Positions 19,752-30,480 of a stretch of DNA of 56,818 bases are shown here, one piece after another. The notes under the pieces were generated by a model that did not search any database, had not been told where the DNA came from, and was given only the letters and a program-made list of their open reading frames with translations. The first letter of the stretch is position 1. Each line of letters starts with the position of its first letter. A program made the translations under genes and the position numbers. Source of the DNA: an uncultured virus (IMG/VR IMGVR_UViG_3300030117_008055) (taxonomy: Duplodnaviria > Heunggongvirae > Uroviricota > Caudoviricetes); IMG/VR virus record IMGVR_UViG_3300030117_008055, positions 62,001 through 118,818 of that record. The stretch is one strand, 5' to 3'.

Positions 19752-20453
19752 ATGAAAATAAAATTGTATGACGATGATGTTGGGTTTGTAGAGCTTGTTG
19801 ATCACATGGGGAGTGACTTAACAATAGTTAACTCTGCTAGGGTATCTTTTGGAAAGCATAAAGATGAGCTTGATCAGAAAGACAAAAAGCTTATTTCTTA
19901 CTTAGTAAAGCACAGGCATACATCAACATTTGAACACAATGTTGTTACTTTTAGATTGCGTGTGCCTTTATTTGTCAGATCTCAGCATCATCGTCATAGG
20001 ACTTGGTCGTATAATGAAATCAGCAGAAGATACACTGATGTTGATATTAACTTTTACGAACCTCAGTCTTTTCGAAGCCAACATGATACCAACAGGCAAG
20101 CTAGTAATTTAGATAGTTTTGATCCATTTGTAGACTCAGAAAAAATAACTGGCGGAACTACAGCTAGCTATCTAGTTAGAAATCATCACAAAAAAAGTTT
20201 AGCACTTTACAACAAGCTTCTAGAAAACGGAGTGTGTCGAGAACAAGCTCGTGGAGTTTTACCACAAAATATGTATACTGAGTATTACGCAACTGTCAAT
20301 TTAAACAACCTTTTGAAGTTTATAGATTTGCGAACCCATGCAGGAGCACAGGTTGAGATTCAGGACTTAGCCAATGGCATGCTTCAGATAGCAAGGTCTT
20401 TGTGGCCTGTAGCTGTTGATTCATACGCTAAACTAAGGAGAGAGGATAAATGA
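19752..20453 (+). CDS. thyX: Flavin-dependent thymidylate synthase
   Basis: NSARVSF, HTSTFEH, RHRTWSYNEISRRY and REQARGVLP. Confidence 0.95.
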   Translation: MKIKLYDDDVGFVELVDHMGSDLTIVNSARVSFGKHKDELDQKDKKLISYLVKHRHTSTFEHNVVTFRLRVPLFVRSQHHRHRTWSYNEISRRYTDVDINFYEPQSFRSQHDTNRQASNLDSFDPFVDSEKITGGTTASYLVRNHHKKSLALYNKLLENGVCREQARGVLPQNMYTEYYATVNLNNLLKFIDLRTHAGAQVEIQDLANGMLQIARSLWPVAVDSYAKLRREDK

Positions 20454-21175
20454 ACTTAGTTTCTGCTTTTACGCTTATTGCTGCGTGTTGTGTTACGCCA
20501 TCTGATTTTGCATTTAAAAACACTATTCATATTGTAGACAATAGCTACGCCACGTGGCTTAAGCCTCTGGCTATCCCAGGTGAAAAACATGCCTACATAC
20601 CCGTTACGTCGTTAGACTCGCCGTTTACCGACGAAGAAATAATCTATGAGGCTATGACTAATTGTAAAAATGCTAGAAAAAAAATAATTGATCGTAATCT
20701 TTTGGAGTCTCTTCTTCAGATTGAAAAGAATTATGGTGTGCCAAATAGTATGAGGGGTATGGTACTGGCAGCAGCTTGCAGCGAGTCTGGATACAATCCT
20801 TTTGCGAGGGGCGATAGAAAGTTTAGCAAGAGTAAAAAGAAGCCTATGGCTATAGGCATGTTTCAGCTTTGGCCTATTTATGAAAAAATGTATCCTGGTT
20901 TAAACAGAACTGATCCAATTAAGTCTGCACAAGCTTGGCTTGGTCACATTGTAAAAAAAATTCCAAAAGTTAAAAAACAGTGCAGGTTTAGAACTGAAAA
21001 AAAGATCTGGGTTGCTGCCTGGGTTACAGGCATAAGATATAAAAAAGCTGGAGGTCGCTGTTATGAGAGACCTCTACACCTTAGAGTTTTGAAAAAGTGG
21101 CACAAAAATATCAACAATTATCGAAAAGATATTTTGAAGTGCAGTGTGAAGGGAAGCGATGGATGCGGATGCTGA
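20450..21175 (+). CDS. Lytic transglycosylase (SLT)-like protein with N-terminal signal
   Basis: Catalytic E-S motif (CSESGYNP), AIGMFQL and a hydrophobic N-terminus with Cys. Confidence 0.65.
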   Translation: MNLVSAFTLIAACCVTPSDFAFKNTIHIVDNSYATWLKPLAIPGEKHAYIPVTSLDSPFTDEEIIYEAMTNCKNARKKIIDRNLLESLLQIEKNYGVPNSMRGMVLAAACSESGYNPFARGDRKFSKSKKKPMAIGMFQLWPIYEKMYPGLNRTDPIKSAQAWLGHIVKKIPKVKKQCRFRTEKKIWVAAWVTGIRYKKAGGRCYERPLHLRVLKKWHKNINNYRKDILKCSVKGSDGCGC

Positions 21176-21857
21176 TTTTTATTGGCCCGAAATCACCATA
21201 GGGAATAGCCTAGATGCAGTACGATTTGCCATTTCAAACAAGAATTACTTACTTTTTAATTGTTTTCCTTGCATTAATTCTTATGACTTATGCGGGGATA
21301 TAAATCCTGTCCAAGTTCTATGGTCTGAGGCCAGCTATAACGCCTACAACATGGGCTTGGTTCCAATTCCTAGTCCAGCTCAGTCCATTAGTATTTCTGA
21401 GCTTCTGTCTGTACGGACCTCCTCCGGAGGTTACTTTAAGATAAAATATGATAAAATTAATATTTTCTCTACTGAGGGAATAAAATCTAATTTAATCGAT
21501 TACCACTCTCAGCTTCTTTACAATAGAGTAGTTGACTGGTTTGATGTAAAAAGTGGCGGGGATATTAAGTACGAAGGCAATCTTGTAGAGCCTGTTAAAC
21601 ATGTTGTTTCATACCCCAGCAGCAGGATTGATGGTAAGCGATATTTTGACTTGTTTAGTGTTTCTCACTTAACAGAGCAACAGCTTCTAGATTATAATTT
21701 TTCTGATACTTTCATAAAATTTAGAATTGAAAAGCAATCAATAAATAACTTAAAATTACTTTTCTGGAAAAGAGATGTTATTAGGGTGTCTAAGATAGAT
21801 CTAGTATCCTCGCAGGAAAACATTTGCTGGCACGTGCCACAGATAGAGAATCAATAA
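21159..21857 (+). CDS. Hypothetical protein
   Basis: 232-aa ORF coupled to its neighbours; weak Rossmann-like N-terminus (ITIGNSLDAVRFA). Confidence 0.5.
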   Translation: MDADADFYWPEITIGNSLDAVRFAISNKNYLLFNCFPCINSYDLCGDINPVQVLWSEASYNAYNMGLVPIPSPAQSISISELLSVRTSSGGYFKIKYDKINIFSTEGIKSNLIDYHSQLLYNRVVDWFDVKSGGDIKYEGNLVEPVKHVVSYPSSRIDGKRYFDLFSVSHLTEQQLLDYNFSDTFIKFRIEKQSINNLKLLFWKRDVIRVSKIDLVSSQENICWHVPQIENQ

Positions 21858-22592
21858 ATGAATAATTTAGCTGGCATTGTGCCCATAGCTGGCCACTCTT
21901 CAGATATGAAGTTTCCCTGGCACCATGCAATGATGCCTTATGACAAAGACAAGACTCTGGTTCAAAACGCTGTGTACACATGTGCCATAGCGGGGTGTAA
22001 ATCAATATGGCTAGTTTGCAATCATGATATACAGCCTATTATAAAAAGTCTAGTTGGAGATTCTATAGAGGATCCAGTATATAAATTTAGATCTCATTCA
22101 AAATATGCTGGGGAACACAAGAGGCGTATACCAATCTTCTACGTCCCGCTTTCTCCGAGAGACTTAAGAAATAAAAACAATATTTCATGGAGTGCAATAT
22201 TTGGATGCATGACAGCAAAAAAAATATTTGGCCAAATAAGCACTTATACCGCTCCGGATAGATATTTTGTTTCTTGGCCATACGCAATATTAAATAATTC
22301 GTCTTTGCGTCAGCATAGAAAAACAATTTCTAAGAAAAGTTTAATTTTTTCAAGTGCAGGCAGCAGTGTTGCAACGAATGATTTTTTGCCATTCTGTTTT
22401 TCCAACTTAGAGCTTGACGAGTTGTATGCACATTGTTATAAATTAAACAATCCTTATGTTGACGCCGTTCCATTTTCAGAGCTTTCCATATCTGATGTTT
22501 TTTATCCGCTTCTCGATAATGAAACGCTAGAGGCTGATTTGCGATATCGAAGGGTATCTTCATGGGACGATTATTGTCGTATTTTTAAATGA
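21858..22592 (+). CDS. Degenerate sugar-nucleotidyltransferase-fold protein
   Basis: AGIVPIAG...MMP...LVQNAV...AGCKSIWLV resembles an NTP-transferase N-terminus but lacks G-x-G-T-R. Confidence 0.5.
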   Translation: MNNLAGIVPIAGHSSDMKFPWHHAMMPYDKDKTLVQNAVYTCAIAGCKSIWLVCNHDIQPIIKSLVGDSIEDPVYKFRSHSKYAGEHKRRIPIFYVPLSPRDLRNKNNISWSAIFGCMTAKKIFGQISTYTAPDRYFVSWPYAILNNSSLRQHRKTISKKSLIFSSAGSSVATNDFLPFCFSNLELDELYAHCYKLNNPYVDAVPFSELSISDVFYPLLDNETLEADLRYRRVSSWDDYCRIFK

Positions 22593-22629
22593 ACTGACGA
22601 TTAGTAACTAATTATACTGGAGAATAAAC

Positions 22630-24660
22630 ATGGCGAGAAGAACAAAAAGCAAATATAGAATATCTAAAAATTATGTTTTTAACGCAGATGCTATATCAAA
22701 GATTGAAGAGATTGCAAAAGGCACTGGTGTGCCGGCAGACATCATAGCTGGAATATTCGTTAATGAAAGCGGCGGTCGTAATAGAGCGCTGGCGATGAAT
22801 CCTAGATTTATATACGGAAAAAGTTCCTCAGGTAGAGATAGTAAAACGAGGAGCCCACAGAAGTGGCTCATGAAAAAACTAGTAGGTACAGTAGCTGAGC
22901 AATATGGTTCAGCAGGAAAATCAGCCCACGGTAAAACTGCGCAAAAAGTATTTAAAGAAATATATCGTCATTCGCCATATTGGGCTGTCTTTTGTGGCGC
23001 ATTTGGCTTTCTTCAGGTGCTTGGCTCCCGCGGGATGAAGCGGTATGGGAAAGGTTCGGACGGTGCTCGTAAATTTTATGAAGCATTTCAGTCAGACCCT
23101 TACAGGGTTGGTGTTAACGCAGCGATTGATTGGTGGAAATCTAATCCAGCAGCTAAACAACTTGCACTTAATAGAGACTACAGAGGAGTAACAATAAAAT
23201 ATCTTGGAGGTCTAGGCACCGGTGCGTACGAAGCAACGATGAGACGCGCCGCGGATATTTATAGAAGACAGACAGGCATGCAAGGGGGAGAGGTAGCCAC
23301 ATCGCCTGCTCGACGAATCGCACTGATTGGCGACTCAAACGCAGCGACCATGACGCCTCTGTACGCTTCGCATTTTTCAGGAGATAAAGTCTATAAAGCA
23401 AAACCAGCGTCGGGAGCAGGAACGGAATGGTTTTTGTTTCTTTTGCGAGCTGTGCAGGCAAAAGATGCCAGCAAAGCGCCTCCTAAGCGTGGAGGTAAAA
23501 AAATAGCCAAAGACCTTATTAATTTTAAACCAGATATAATACATATAACAGCCATGGGGGGCAACGATACAGAGAAAACCACAAGCAAATCAGGATTAAA
23601 AGAGATAGAAAAAAATGCCAAGGCATTGTTTGCTATCATAAAAACATATAAGGGCACTGTTCATGGGCCACCCAAAAATCGCCCGGGATCTGCCTCTACT
23701 AATCCTAAATCTGTGTTTCATAAGTCAAAAGGAAACAATGCCTCTGAAAGATATACTGCAGCCAGGCAAAAAGTAGCAGAAGTCTTGCAAAAAGCAGCTG
23801 CTGATGTAGGTATATCCTTCTTTAATCCTTTTGGCGGTCAAATACCAGATATGACCAGAAAAGGCTCATATAAAGGAGACGGTATCCATATGGCAGCAGG
23901 CGCAGCACGTGCGCACTTTAATGCTGCGAAAGCAATGCTAGGCGGAGCCACTTCAGGCGCCGGCGGTGTTTCATATTCTTCGGGAGTCGATGCTGCCTCA
24001 GGAGGCGCCTCCACAGGCACAGGTTCAGGGACATCTGCAGAAGACGAGCATGCTATAGCAATGAGCGCTGAAGAAAGAGAGGCGAGGGCTAAAGAAAGAA
24101 GAGAGCGAGAAGAAATAAGAAAAAAATATAGACAGGCGTTCGACAGCGCTATCACCGCCGGGCTAGAATCGGGGAAAGAAAGTTACGAGGATTTAAAAAA
24201 TGTATTTCAAACACAAACCAATCTTGGAAAAGTAGCTATAGCGTCTTATAAGCATAAGGACGATCCTGGTAAAATATTTGATACTGCTTTTAAGAATCAA
24301 AATGCGCCACCCGCAGAGAAGCTAGGGCAAAATGTTGAGGATCCAGATAAAGAAATTGAATCACAATCAGCCGACGGTCGTATACTTAAAAAATATATTG
24401 CAGTCTTGAATAAGCATCAGCCAGATTTTAATTTTGAAGATTTTTATTCTGAGGTTAACACATACATAGCTAAAGGTTTTGGCATGGATGCTATCGAGGA
24501 TCTTTTTCCAAAATCTGGTAGGGATTATGTTTTTGGAGACGAGCACTGGAGAGTGTTTGTCTTAATAAGAGATCTTAAAGATAAAATATCCGCTCAAAAT
24601 GTTTCTGAATCATATAGATTTTTAGGAAATCTTGTTAGGGAGATAAAACAAAAATGGTAA
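22630..24660 (+). CDS. Muramidase-like + SGNH hydrolase fusion protein, probably virion-associated
   Basis: N-terminal IFVNESGG...FGFLQVLG (lysozyme-like); central IALIGDSN / GGND / DGIH (SGNH blocks); Gly/Ser linker; candidate late promoter upstream. Confidence 0.6.
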   Translation: MARRTKSKYRISKNYVFNADAISKIEEIAKGTGVPADIIAGIFVNESGGRNRALAMNPRFIYGKSSSGRDSKTRSPQKWLMKKLVGTVAEQYGSAGKSAHGKTAQKVFKEIYRHSPYWAVFCGAFGFLQVLGSRGMKRYGKGSDGARKFYEAFQSDPYRVGVNAAIDWWKSNPAAKQLALNRDYRGVTIKYLGGLGTGAYEATMRRAADIYRRQTGMQGGEVATSPARRIALIGDSNAATMTPLYASHFSGDKVYKAKPASGAGTEWFLFLLRAVQAKDASKAPPKRGGKKIAKDLINFKPDIIHITAMGGNDTEKTTSKSGLKEIEKNAKALFAIIKTYKGTVHGPPKNRPGSASTNPKSVFHKSKGNNASERYTAARQKVAEVLQKAAADVGISFFNPFGGQIPDMTRKGSYKGDGIHMAAGAARAHFNAAKAMLGGATSGAGGVSYSSGVDAASGGASTGTGSGTSAEDEHAIAMSAEEREARAKERREREEIRKKYRQAFDSAITAGLESGKESYEDLKNVFQTQTNLGKVAIASYKHKDDPGKIFDTAFKNQNAPPAEKLGQNVEDPDKEIESQSADGRILKKYIAVLNKHQPDFNFEDFYSEVNTYIAKGFGMDAIEDLFPKSGRDYVFGDEHWRVFVLIRDLKDKISAQNVSESYRFLGNLVREIKQKW

Positions 24661-24872
24661 TAAAAAGATTATTCTGTAAACACCCAAGAGAAAGTGGCAA
24701 GACATGGCTGCAGCATACTTTGTTTGCTTTCGGAGTCTCTGTGAAACTTTCTGTTTCATCTTTGCTTTTCTTTTTGCATGCTCTTGCACCGTTTGTGCCA
24801 ATACCTGACGCATACAATCTGGAAGCGATGGCCAGCTATCTTTTAAAAAAGAATGAAGAAGCGAATAAATAA
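24654..24872 (+). CDS. DUF6356-like small membrane protein
   Basis: F..HP...G.TW.QH..FA...HA..PF pattern. Confidence 0.6.
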   Translation: MVIKRLFCKHPRESGKTWLQHTLFAFGVSVKLSVSSLLFFLHALAPFVPIPDAYNLEAMASYLLKKNEEANK

Positions 24873-24922
24873 ATGTTTTAGTTTTTAATAGTGTTCCTAC
24901 ATTGTGTCCGTAGGAGTTATTT

Positions 24923-27900
24923 ATGGAACGAACTAAATCATCTATCCCGTTTGTTGGTCTTCATGCGCACAGTGTCGCAGGATCAGTATTCGATGGATTC
25001 GGCTATCCGCAAGATCATATGGATTTTGCTTATCAAAACGGCATGGGCGCGCTCGCCCTTACAGACCATGGCAACATGAATGGAATGTCATATCAGGTTC
25101 TTCACGCTAAGAAAATGAAGTCTGAGGGCAAATCGTTTAAGCCTATTTTTGGCGTCGAGGCCTATTTTGTACCTTCAATCTCTGAATGGAAAGAAGAGTA
25201 TGAAAAGATTAAAGCCGACAAGAAACAAGCCAGAAAGATTATTAATGACACTGACAAGGTTGAGGCCGAGGACGAGAACGCTTCAAAAAGCAAGACAAAA
25301 AGCAAGATCAACTCCTATGGCCACATTGTTCTTTTAGCCATGAATCAAACTGGTCTTAATAATATTTTTAAGATTGTCTCTGATTCCCATCAGGGCGACA
25401 GCTTTTATAGAAAACCTAGGTTAGACTATGACATGCTTAAGAAGCATGGCGAGGGCATCATTGCTTCCTCTGCTTGTCTTGGTGGTGTATATGCTAGAAA
25501 TTATTGGGACAATCGAGATAACGGCGATGATGCTGTTCTTGAAGCCATGAGGAACACAACATCAAATATGATCGACTGTTTGGGTGACAGATGGTATGGC
25601 GAGCTTCAGTGGAACAACGTACCAGAACAGCACGAGCTTAACAAGTTTGTTATTAAAATGCATGAAGAATTTGGCATTGAGCTTGTTTCCACAGCGGACA
25701 GTCACTATCCAAATCCTGAGGCGTGGAAAGATAGAGAACTGTACAAGCGCCTAGGATGGCTAGGATCAAAACTGCCAGAGTGGGCTAGCACTGAGCTTCC
25801 TGTTTCTGTCGAAGAGGTTGGCCATGAGTTGTACCCAAAGAACGGCGATCAAATGTGGGATTCTTACAAGCGCTATTCAAAGCAGTGCAACTTCAAATAT
25901 GATGATGACCTTGTACACGACTCTATTACTAAAACACACTGGATTGCGCATGAAAGAATCGAAGACTTTATGCCGGATGATACTGTTCGTCTGCCTGGCT
26001 TCGTGGTACCAGATAATGTAGAGGCCTCAGAAGCTCTTATCAAAGAAGCAATCTCTGGTCTAAGAAAGATGTCTCTGCAAGAAAACAAGGCATACGTTGA
26101 CCGACTCAAGGAAGAGTTGCTTGTTATCAATGAGCGCGGTTTTGCTAAATACTTCTTAACTATGAAAGCTGTATCAGACAAAGCCAATGAACATATGTTG
26201 TCCGGACCAGGACGCGGATCCGCTGCTGGTTCGCTAGTTGCCTATGTTCTTGGTATTACTCAGGTCGACCCGATCAAGTATGGATTATTGTTTAGTCGGT
26301 TCTTGCGTGCAGACGCTACTGACTATCCCGACATTGACTACGACGTCAGTGACGCTTTTGGTCTCAAGGAGATCTTAGCTAAAGAGTGGGGAGAGACAAC
26401 CGTTGTACCTATTTCCAACTTTAACACCTTGCAGCTTAGATCGCTAATCAAAGATATTAGCAAGCTTTATGATGTGCCCTTTACGGAAGTAAATGCCGTC
26501 ACCGGAAAGATGGTGCGCGAAGCTACGCCAAAAGCAAAAGCAGATCATGGCATTAAGGCTGGAGTATATGCTCCAACATTTGAAGAGGTTATGAAATATT
26601 CAGAATCGCTAATCCGATTCCTTACAAAATATCCGCAGATCAAAACTCATGTTGAGGCGCTTGTTGGGCAAGTTAGGTCAACTAGTCGTCATGCTGGCGG
26701 TGTTGTTATTGGCGAGAACCTAGATAGACATATGCCTCTTATTTGTTCAGGCGGTGTACTTCAGACTCCATGGTCCGAAGGCATGAACGTGAGACATCTT
26801 GAGCCTTTAGGTTTTATTAAGTTTGACATCTTGGGCCTGTCAACACTAGAGATGATTCAGTCGGCTGTTGGTCATGTGCTTAAAAGGCATCACGGTATTG
26901 ACAACCCAAGCTTCGCAGACATTAAGAAATACTATGATGACAATCTGCATCCTGATTCGATTGATCTCAACGATCCGAAAGTTTATAAAAATATCTTTCA
27001 TAAGGGTAAGTTTATGGGCGTATTTCAGTTTACAAACGCTGGCGCTCAGAGATTCTGTATGAGATCGAAGCCTAATAACATTATTGATATTTCTGCGATT
27101 ACATCGATCTACAGACCAGGTCCTCTTGGTGCCAACGTTGACAGGAAGTATGTCAAGGCAAAGAACGACCCAGAGTCAATCCAGTATGTAAATGATGTTA
27201 TTGAGGAAGTGACTAAAGAAACAGCAGGCTTTTTGATCTTTCAAGAGCAGATTGCTTTGCTAGCTCACAAGTTGGGCCATGACATTAGTTTGGATGAGGG
27301 CAATAAACTTAGAAAGCTTTTAACCAAGAAGGGGACTGGAAAAGGTGCTGAAGAGAAAGAAGTTATCAAGCAAAAATTTATTAGAGGCTGTGTTGCTAAG
27401 TCAATCGATCGATCAACCGCCTCGTCACTCTGGGACAATTTTGAGTATTTTTCTGGCTATGGCTTTAACAAGTCTCATGCTGTTGCTTATAGTATCCTTT
27501 CTTTCCAGTGTGCTTGGCTCTTGAACTATTTTCCAGAGTGCTGGGCAGCTGCTTTCCTTGACAAGGAGCCTGAATCTAGAAAAGAGGCAGCGATTAGTTT
27601 AGCTCAGAAGAATGGTTTCTATATTCAAAATGTGGATATCAATACTTCTACAAGTCAGTGGGAGATCTCTGATAACGGTGAGACCCTGGTGCAGCCTTTG
27701 AGTTCTATCAAAGGACTAGGCGACAAAGCTATCGATCAGATTATCACGCATAGGCCATTCAGTACCGTAGAGGATCTTTTATTCAGTAAAGAAATTGTTT
27801 ATTCAAAGCTAAATAAAAAAGCTCTTGACGTTCTGTGTCGTTCAGGCGCACTAGATTCTTTATCTGATGAGCGCTTTACCGGATGCAAACATCTTTGGAT

Positions 27901-28351
27901 GTCTTGTGTACAGGATAGACCTAAAAACCCTAAGAAGCTGGCAGAGAATATTAAGCTATATGCCCCAGAGGCTGACTTTTCTGTGGAGGAAAAGATTGAT
28001 TATGTTTCTTCTCTTACTGGAATCTTCCCTTTTAATCTAGTCATGACGCGGGAGATTCGTGAATCCATCAACAGGCACTGTGTGCCAGCACTTGGTAATT
28101 GGGATGATGACTTAGGAGTGGCTTGGTTTGTTCCAAGAGAGATTATTCCTAAGAAAACTAAGAACGACAAGCTGTACTGGCTTTTGAAGGTGACAGATGA
28201 AACCTCGGCTAACATTACAATCAAGTGTTGGGGTATCAGGCCTGATGATCAAGTTCATCTCAACAGGCCGTATGCAGCTAAGCTAGATCATAGCAGTGAG
28301 TGGGGGTTCAGCACAAGATCAATTCGCCATAACTTTAAACTACTGGGATAA
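24923..28351 (+). CDS. dnaE: DNA polymerase III alpha subunit (family C)
   Basis: PHP motifs LHAHS / LTDHG / DSHY, GRGSAAGS, PDIDYD, KFDILGL and GFNKSHA. Confidence 0.95.
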   Translation: MERTKSSIPFVGLHAHSVAGSVFDGFGYPQDHMDFAYQNGMGALALTDHGNMNGMSYQVLHAKKMKSEGKSFKPIFGVEAYFVPSISEWKEEYEKIKADKKQARKIINDTDKVEAEDENASKSKTKSKINSYGHIVLLAMNQTGLNNIFKIVSDSHQGDSFYRKPRLDYDMLKKHGEGIIASSACLGGVYARNYWDNRDNGDDAVLEAMRNTTSNMIDCLGDRWYGELQWNNVPEQHELNKFVIKMHEEFGIELVSTADSHYPNPEAWKDRELYKRLGWLGSKLPEWASTELPVSVEEVGHELYPKNGDQMWDSYKRYSKQCNFKYDDDLVHDSITKTHWIAHERIEDFMPDDTVRLPGFVVPDNVEASEALIKEAISGLRKMSLQENKAYVDRLKEELLVINERGFAKYFLTMKAVSDKANEHMLSGPGRGSAAGSLVAYVLGITQVDPIKYGLLFSRFLRADATDYPDIDYDVSDAFGLKEILAKEWGETTVVPISNFNTLQLRSLIKDISKLYDVPFTEVNAVTGKMVREATPKAKADHGIKAGVYAPTFEEVMKYSESLIRFLTKYPQIKTHVEALVGQVRSTSRHAGGVVIGENLDRHMPLICSGGVLQTPWSEGMNVRHLEPLGFIKFDILGLSTLEMIQSAVGHVLKRHHGIDNPSFADIKKYYDDNLHPDSIDLNDPKVYKNIFHKGKFMGVFQFTNAGAQRFCMRSKPNNIIDISAITSIYRPGPLGANVDRKYVKAKNDPESIQYVNDVIEEVTKETAGFLIFQEQIALLAHKLGHDISLDEGNKLRKLLTKKGTGKGAEEKEVIKQKFIRGCVAKSIDRSTASSLWDNFEYFSGYGFNKSHAVAYSILSFQCAWLLNYFPECWAAAFLDKEPESRKEAAISLAQKNGFYIQNVDINTSTSQWEISDNGETLVQPLSSIKGLGDKAIDQIITHRPFSTVEDLLFSKEIVYSKLNKKALDVLCRSGALDSLSDERFTGCKHLWMSCVQDRPKNPKKLAENIKLYAPEADFSVEEKIDYVSSLTGIFPFNLVMTREIRESINRHCVPALGNWDDDLGVAWFVPREIIPKKTKNDKLYWLLKVTDETSANITIKCWGIRPDDQVHLNRPYAAKLDHSSEWGFSTRSIRHNFKLLG

Positions 28352-28352
28352 T

Positions 28353-28667
28353 ATGGGAAGCTTAAAAAGAAAAATGGCCAGGAACAAGGCTAAGAAAAAT
28401 AAAAAGATAGAAAAGAAAATAGCTAAGAAGCTTGGGATGTTTAACATCATGGGTGACGAGTGTTCAGCGTGTCAAAAACCTTTTGATAAGAAATCAAAAG
28501 AGGACGTTCAGACTTGGAAAGTTATTGTAAGAGAGCAAGAAAAGATCGTTAGACTTTATTGTCCCAATTGCTGGGGCATGGCTAACAAACTTATAAAGGA
28601 GATAGAAGATGATCTTAGAGTACAGCATGAGAGAGGGAGCGAAAGCTCCGACGAGAGCAAACCCTAG
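28353..28667 (+). CDS. Hypothetical Zn-ribbon protein
   Basis: CSAC...CPNC with a basic N-terminus. Confidence 0.6.
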   Translation: MGSLKRKMARNKAKKNKKIEKKIAKKLGMFNIMGDECSACQKPFDKKSKEDVQTWKVIVREQEKIVRLYCPNCWGMANKLIKEIEDDLRVQHERGSESSDESKP

Positions 28668-29154
28668 TGACGCAGGGTTAGATGTTTATTATTGTCCAAA
28701 GGACCCATCAATAAGCGCAGCGTCAATCAAGCCGGGGGACAATATGGTATTGCCTACTGGCCTTAGTTTTGGGGTGCCTCATGGATACATGCTTCAGGTT
28801 TGCAATCGCTCAAGCATGGGAGCTAAGCATTCTTTAGTTGTAGGTGCGCATATTATTGACAGCGGATATGACGGAGAAATATTTATTGATCTACACAATA
28901 TTGGCTCAGAAACACAACACTTGGCTTCCGGCGATAAGATTGCTCAACTAGTTCTAGTTCCGGTGATTCACTTTAGAGCTGTGAAGGCTGAGGACAAAGA
29001 CCTGTACAGGGATTCAATTACAATTTCTAATCGCGGTGCAGGGTCTTTAGGGAGCACGAATAAAGCTAAACTTGTTCCGCCTGGGGGCGGTCCTCCGTAC
29101 AACTCAAGTGAAGTAATTGAAAACCCTCTCAATGGTATGGTGTCAGGATTTTGA
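28609..29154 (+). CDS. dut: Trimeric dUTPase
   Basis: DAGLD, RSS, IIDSGYDGE, KIAQL and RGAGSLGST. Confidence 0.93.
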   Translation: MILEYSMREGAKAPTRANPSDAGLDVYYCPKDPSISAASIKPGDNMVLPTGLSFGVPHGYMLQVCNRSSMGAKHSLVVGAHIIDSGYDGEIFIDLHNIGSETQHLASGDKIAQLVLVPVIHFRAVKAEDKDLYRDSITISNRGAGSLGSTNKAKLVPPGGGPPYNSSEVIENPLNGMVSGF

Positions 29155-29155
29155 A

Positions 29156-29467
29156 ATGAGTAACAAATATGCAGAACTTAAAGATGTGTTAATGGGAAAG
29201 TTTGATGCGGAAGAGGTGGAGCCTCTCAAGTTACCGACTAAAGAACAAGACAATATGCCTGAAAAGTTTGTCGAGCACCCGCCTCACTACAACCAAGGCA
29301 CATATGAGACAATTGATATCATAGAGGACTGGGACTTAGGTTTTCACTGTGGCAATGCTATAAAGTACATCTCCAGGCACAAACACAAGGGACAACCAAT
29401 CAGAGATATCAAGAAAGCAATATGGTATTTGAATAGATATCTAGACTCAATGGAGGGTCAAAAATGA
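29156..29467 (+). CDS. DUF3310 family protein
   Basis: VEHPPHYNQG..ETIDII...GNAIKYISR..HKG...DIKKAIWYL. Confidence 0.85.
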   Translation: MSNKYAELKDVLMGKFDAEEVEPLKLPTKEQDNMPEKFVEHPPHYNQGTYETIDIIEDWDLGFHCGNAIKYISRHKHKGQPIRDIKKAIWYLNRYLDSMEGQK

Positions 29468-30480
29468 GAAAGACTTATACTTTTGATGATGTTTTGTTGG
29501 TGCCAAAATATAGTGCGCTAGAATCTAGATCTCAAGTTAGTTTGCAATCTTCTTTAGATGATGAAAAGTCTTTAAGGTTGCCAGTAATATCTAGTCCGAT
29601 GGATACAGTCACCGAAACCAGCATGGCAGTTGCTATGCATTCTGCTGGTGGTCTCGGCGTTATCCATAGATACAATACAATTGAAGAACAGTCTGCTCTT
29701 GTTGGTGAGTCTTACTACGCAGGTGTCGATAATGTCGCCGCGGCAGTAGGCATGACTGGAGATTACATGCAAAGGTCTGAACATTTAGTTAAGGCTGGCG
29801 CAAGCATACTTTGTGTTGATGTGGCTCATGGCGATCACATTATGATGAGGGATTGTTTATTTAATTTAAAGAGCAACTTTGACGTGCACATTATGGCTGG
29901 AAACGTTGCAACCCTTGATGCTTTTGAAAGATTGTCTGACTGGGGCGCAGATTCTATTAGGGTGGGCATTGGAGGAGGATCCATATGTTCAACGAGAATT
30001 GTTACTGGCCACGGAATTCCAACCTTGCAAAGTGTTTTTGACATATCTAATACTAGTTATGACACAAAAATTATTGCGGACGGCGGCATCAAAACTACGG
30101 GGGACATGGTAAAGGCTCTCGCGGCAGGTGCAGACTTTGTCATGGTGGGCTCTATGTTAGCTGGCACAAGACAAACGCCGGGTCAGGTGTTTACAAATGT
30201 CAAAGGCGAAAGTTACAAGGCGTACAGAGGAATGGCTAGCGCACAAGCGCAGACGGACTGGCGTGGCAAATCTTCAACCCCAGAGGGTGTTTCAACTACA
30301 ATTCCCTTCCGAGGCGATGTTTTCGATATTATTAAAGATATTGATGGTGGTATTCGTAGTGGCCTGTCTTACACGGGTGCTAGCAATCTGGGACAACTTC
30401 GAGCGAAATGTGAATTCATTGTACAAACCCAAGCAGGGCAGCATGAAAGCAACACACATATTCTATGGAGATCCAGATGA
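29464..30480 (+). CDS. guaB: IMP dehydrogenase / GMP reductase family protein, no CBS domains
   Basis: [38 protein letters not shown] and YRGMAS. Confidence 0.85.
   Translation: MRKTYTFDDVLLVPKYSALESRSQVSLQSSLDDEKSLRLPVISSPMDTVTETSMAVAMHSAGGLGVIHRYNTIEEQSALVGESYYAGVDNVAAAVGMTGDYMQRSEHLVKAGASILCVDVAHGDHIMMRDCLFNLKSNFDVHIMAGNVATLDAFERLSDWGADSIRVGIGGGSICSTRIVTGHGIPTLQSVFDISNTSYDTKIIADGGIKTTGDMVKALAAGADFVMVGSMLAGTRQTPGQVFTNVKGESYKAYRGMASAQAQTDWRGKSSTPEGVSTTIPFRGDVFDIIKDIDGGIRSGLSYTGASNLGQLRAKCEFIVQTQAGQHESNTHILWRSR

Noticed and set aside
12990..28351. Inteins or introns in RecA, DnaB, NrdJ or DnaE
   Set aside because: Lengths are normal and motifs contiguous; no splice motifs or homing endonuclease insertions were seen.
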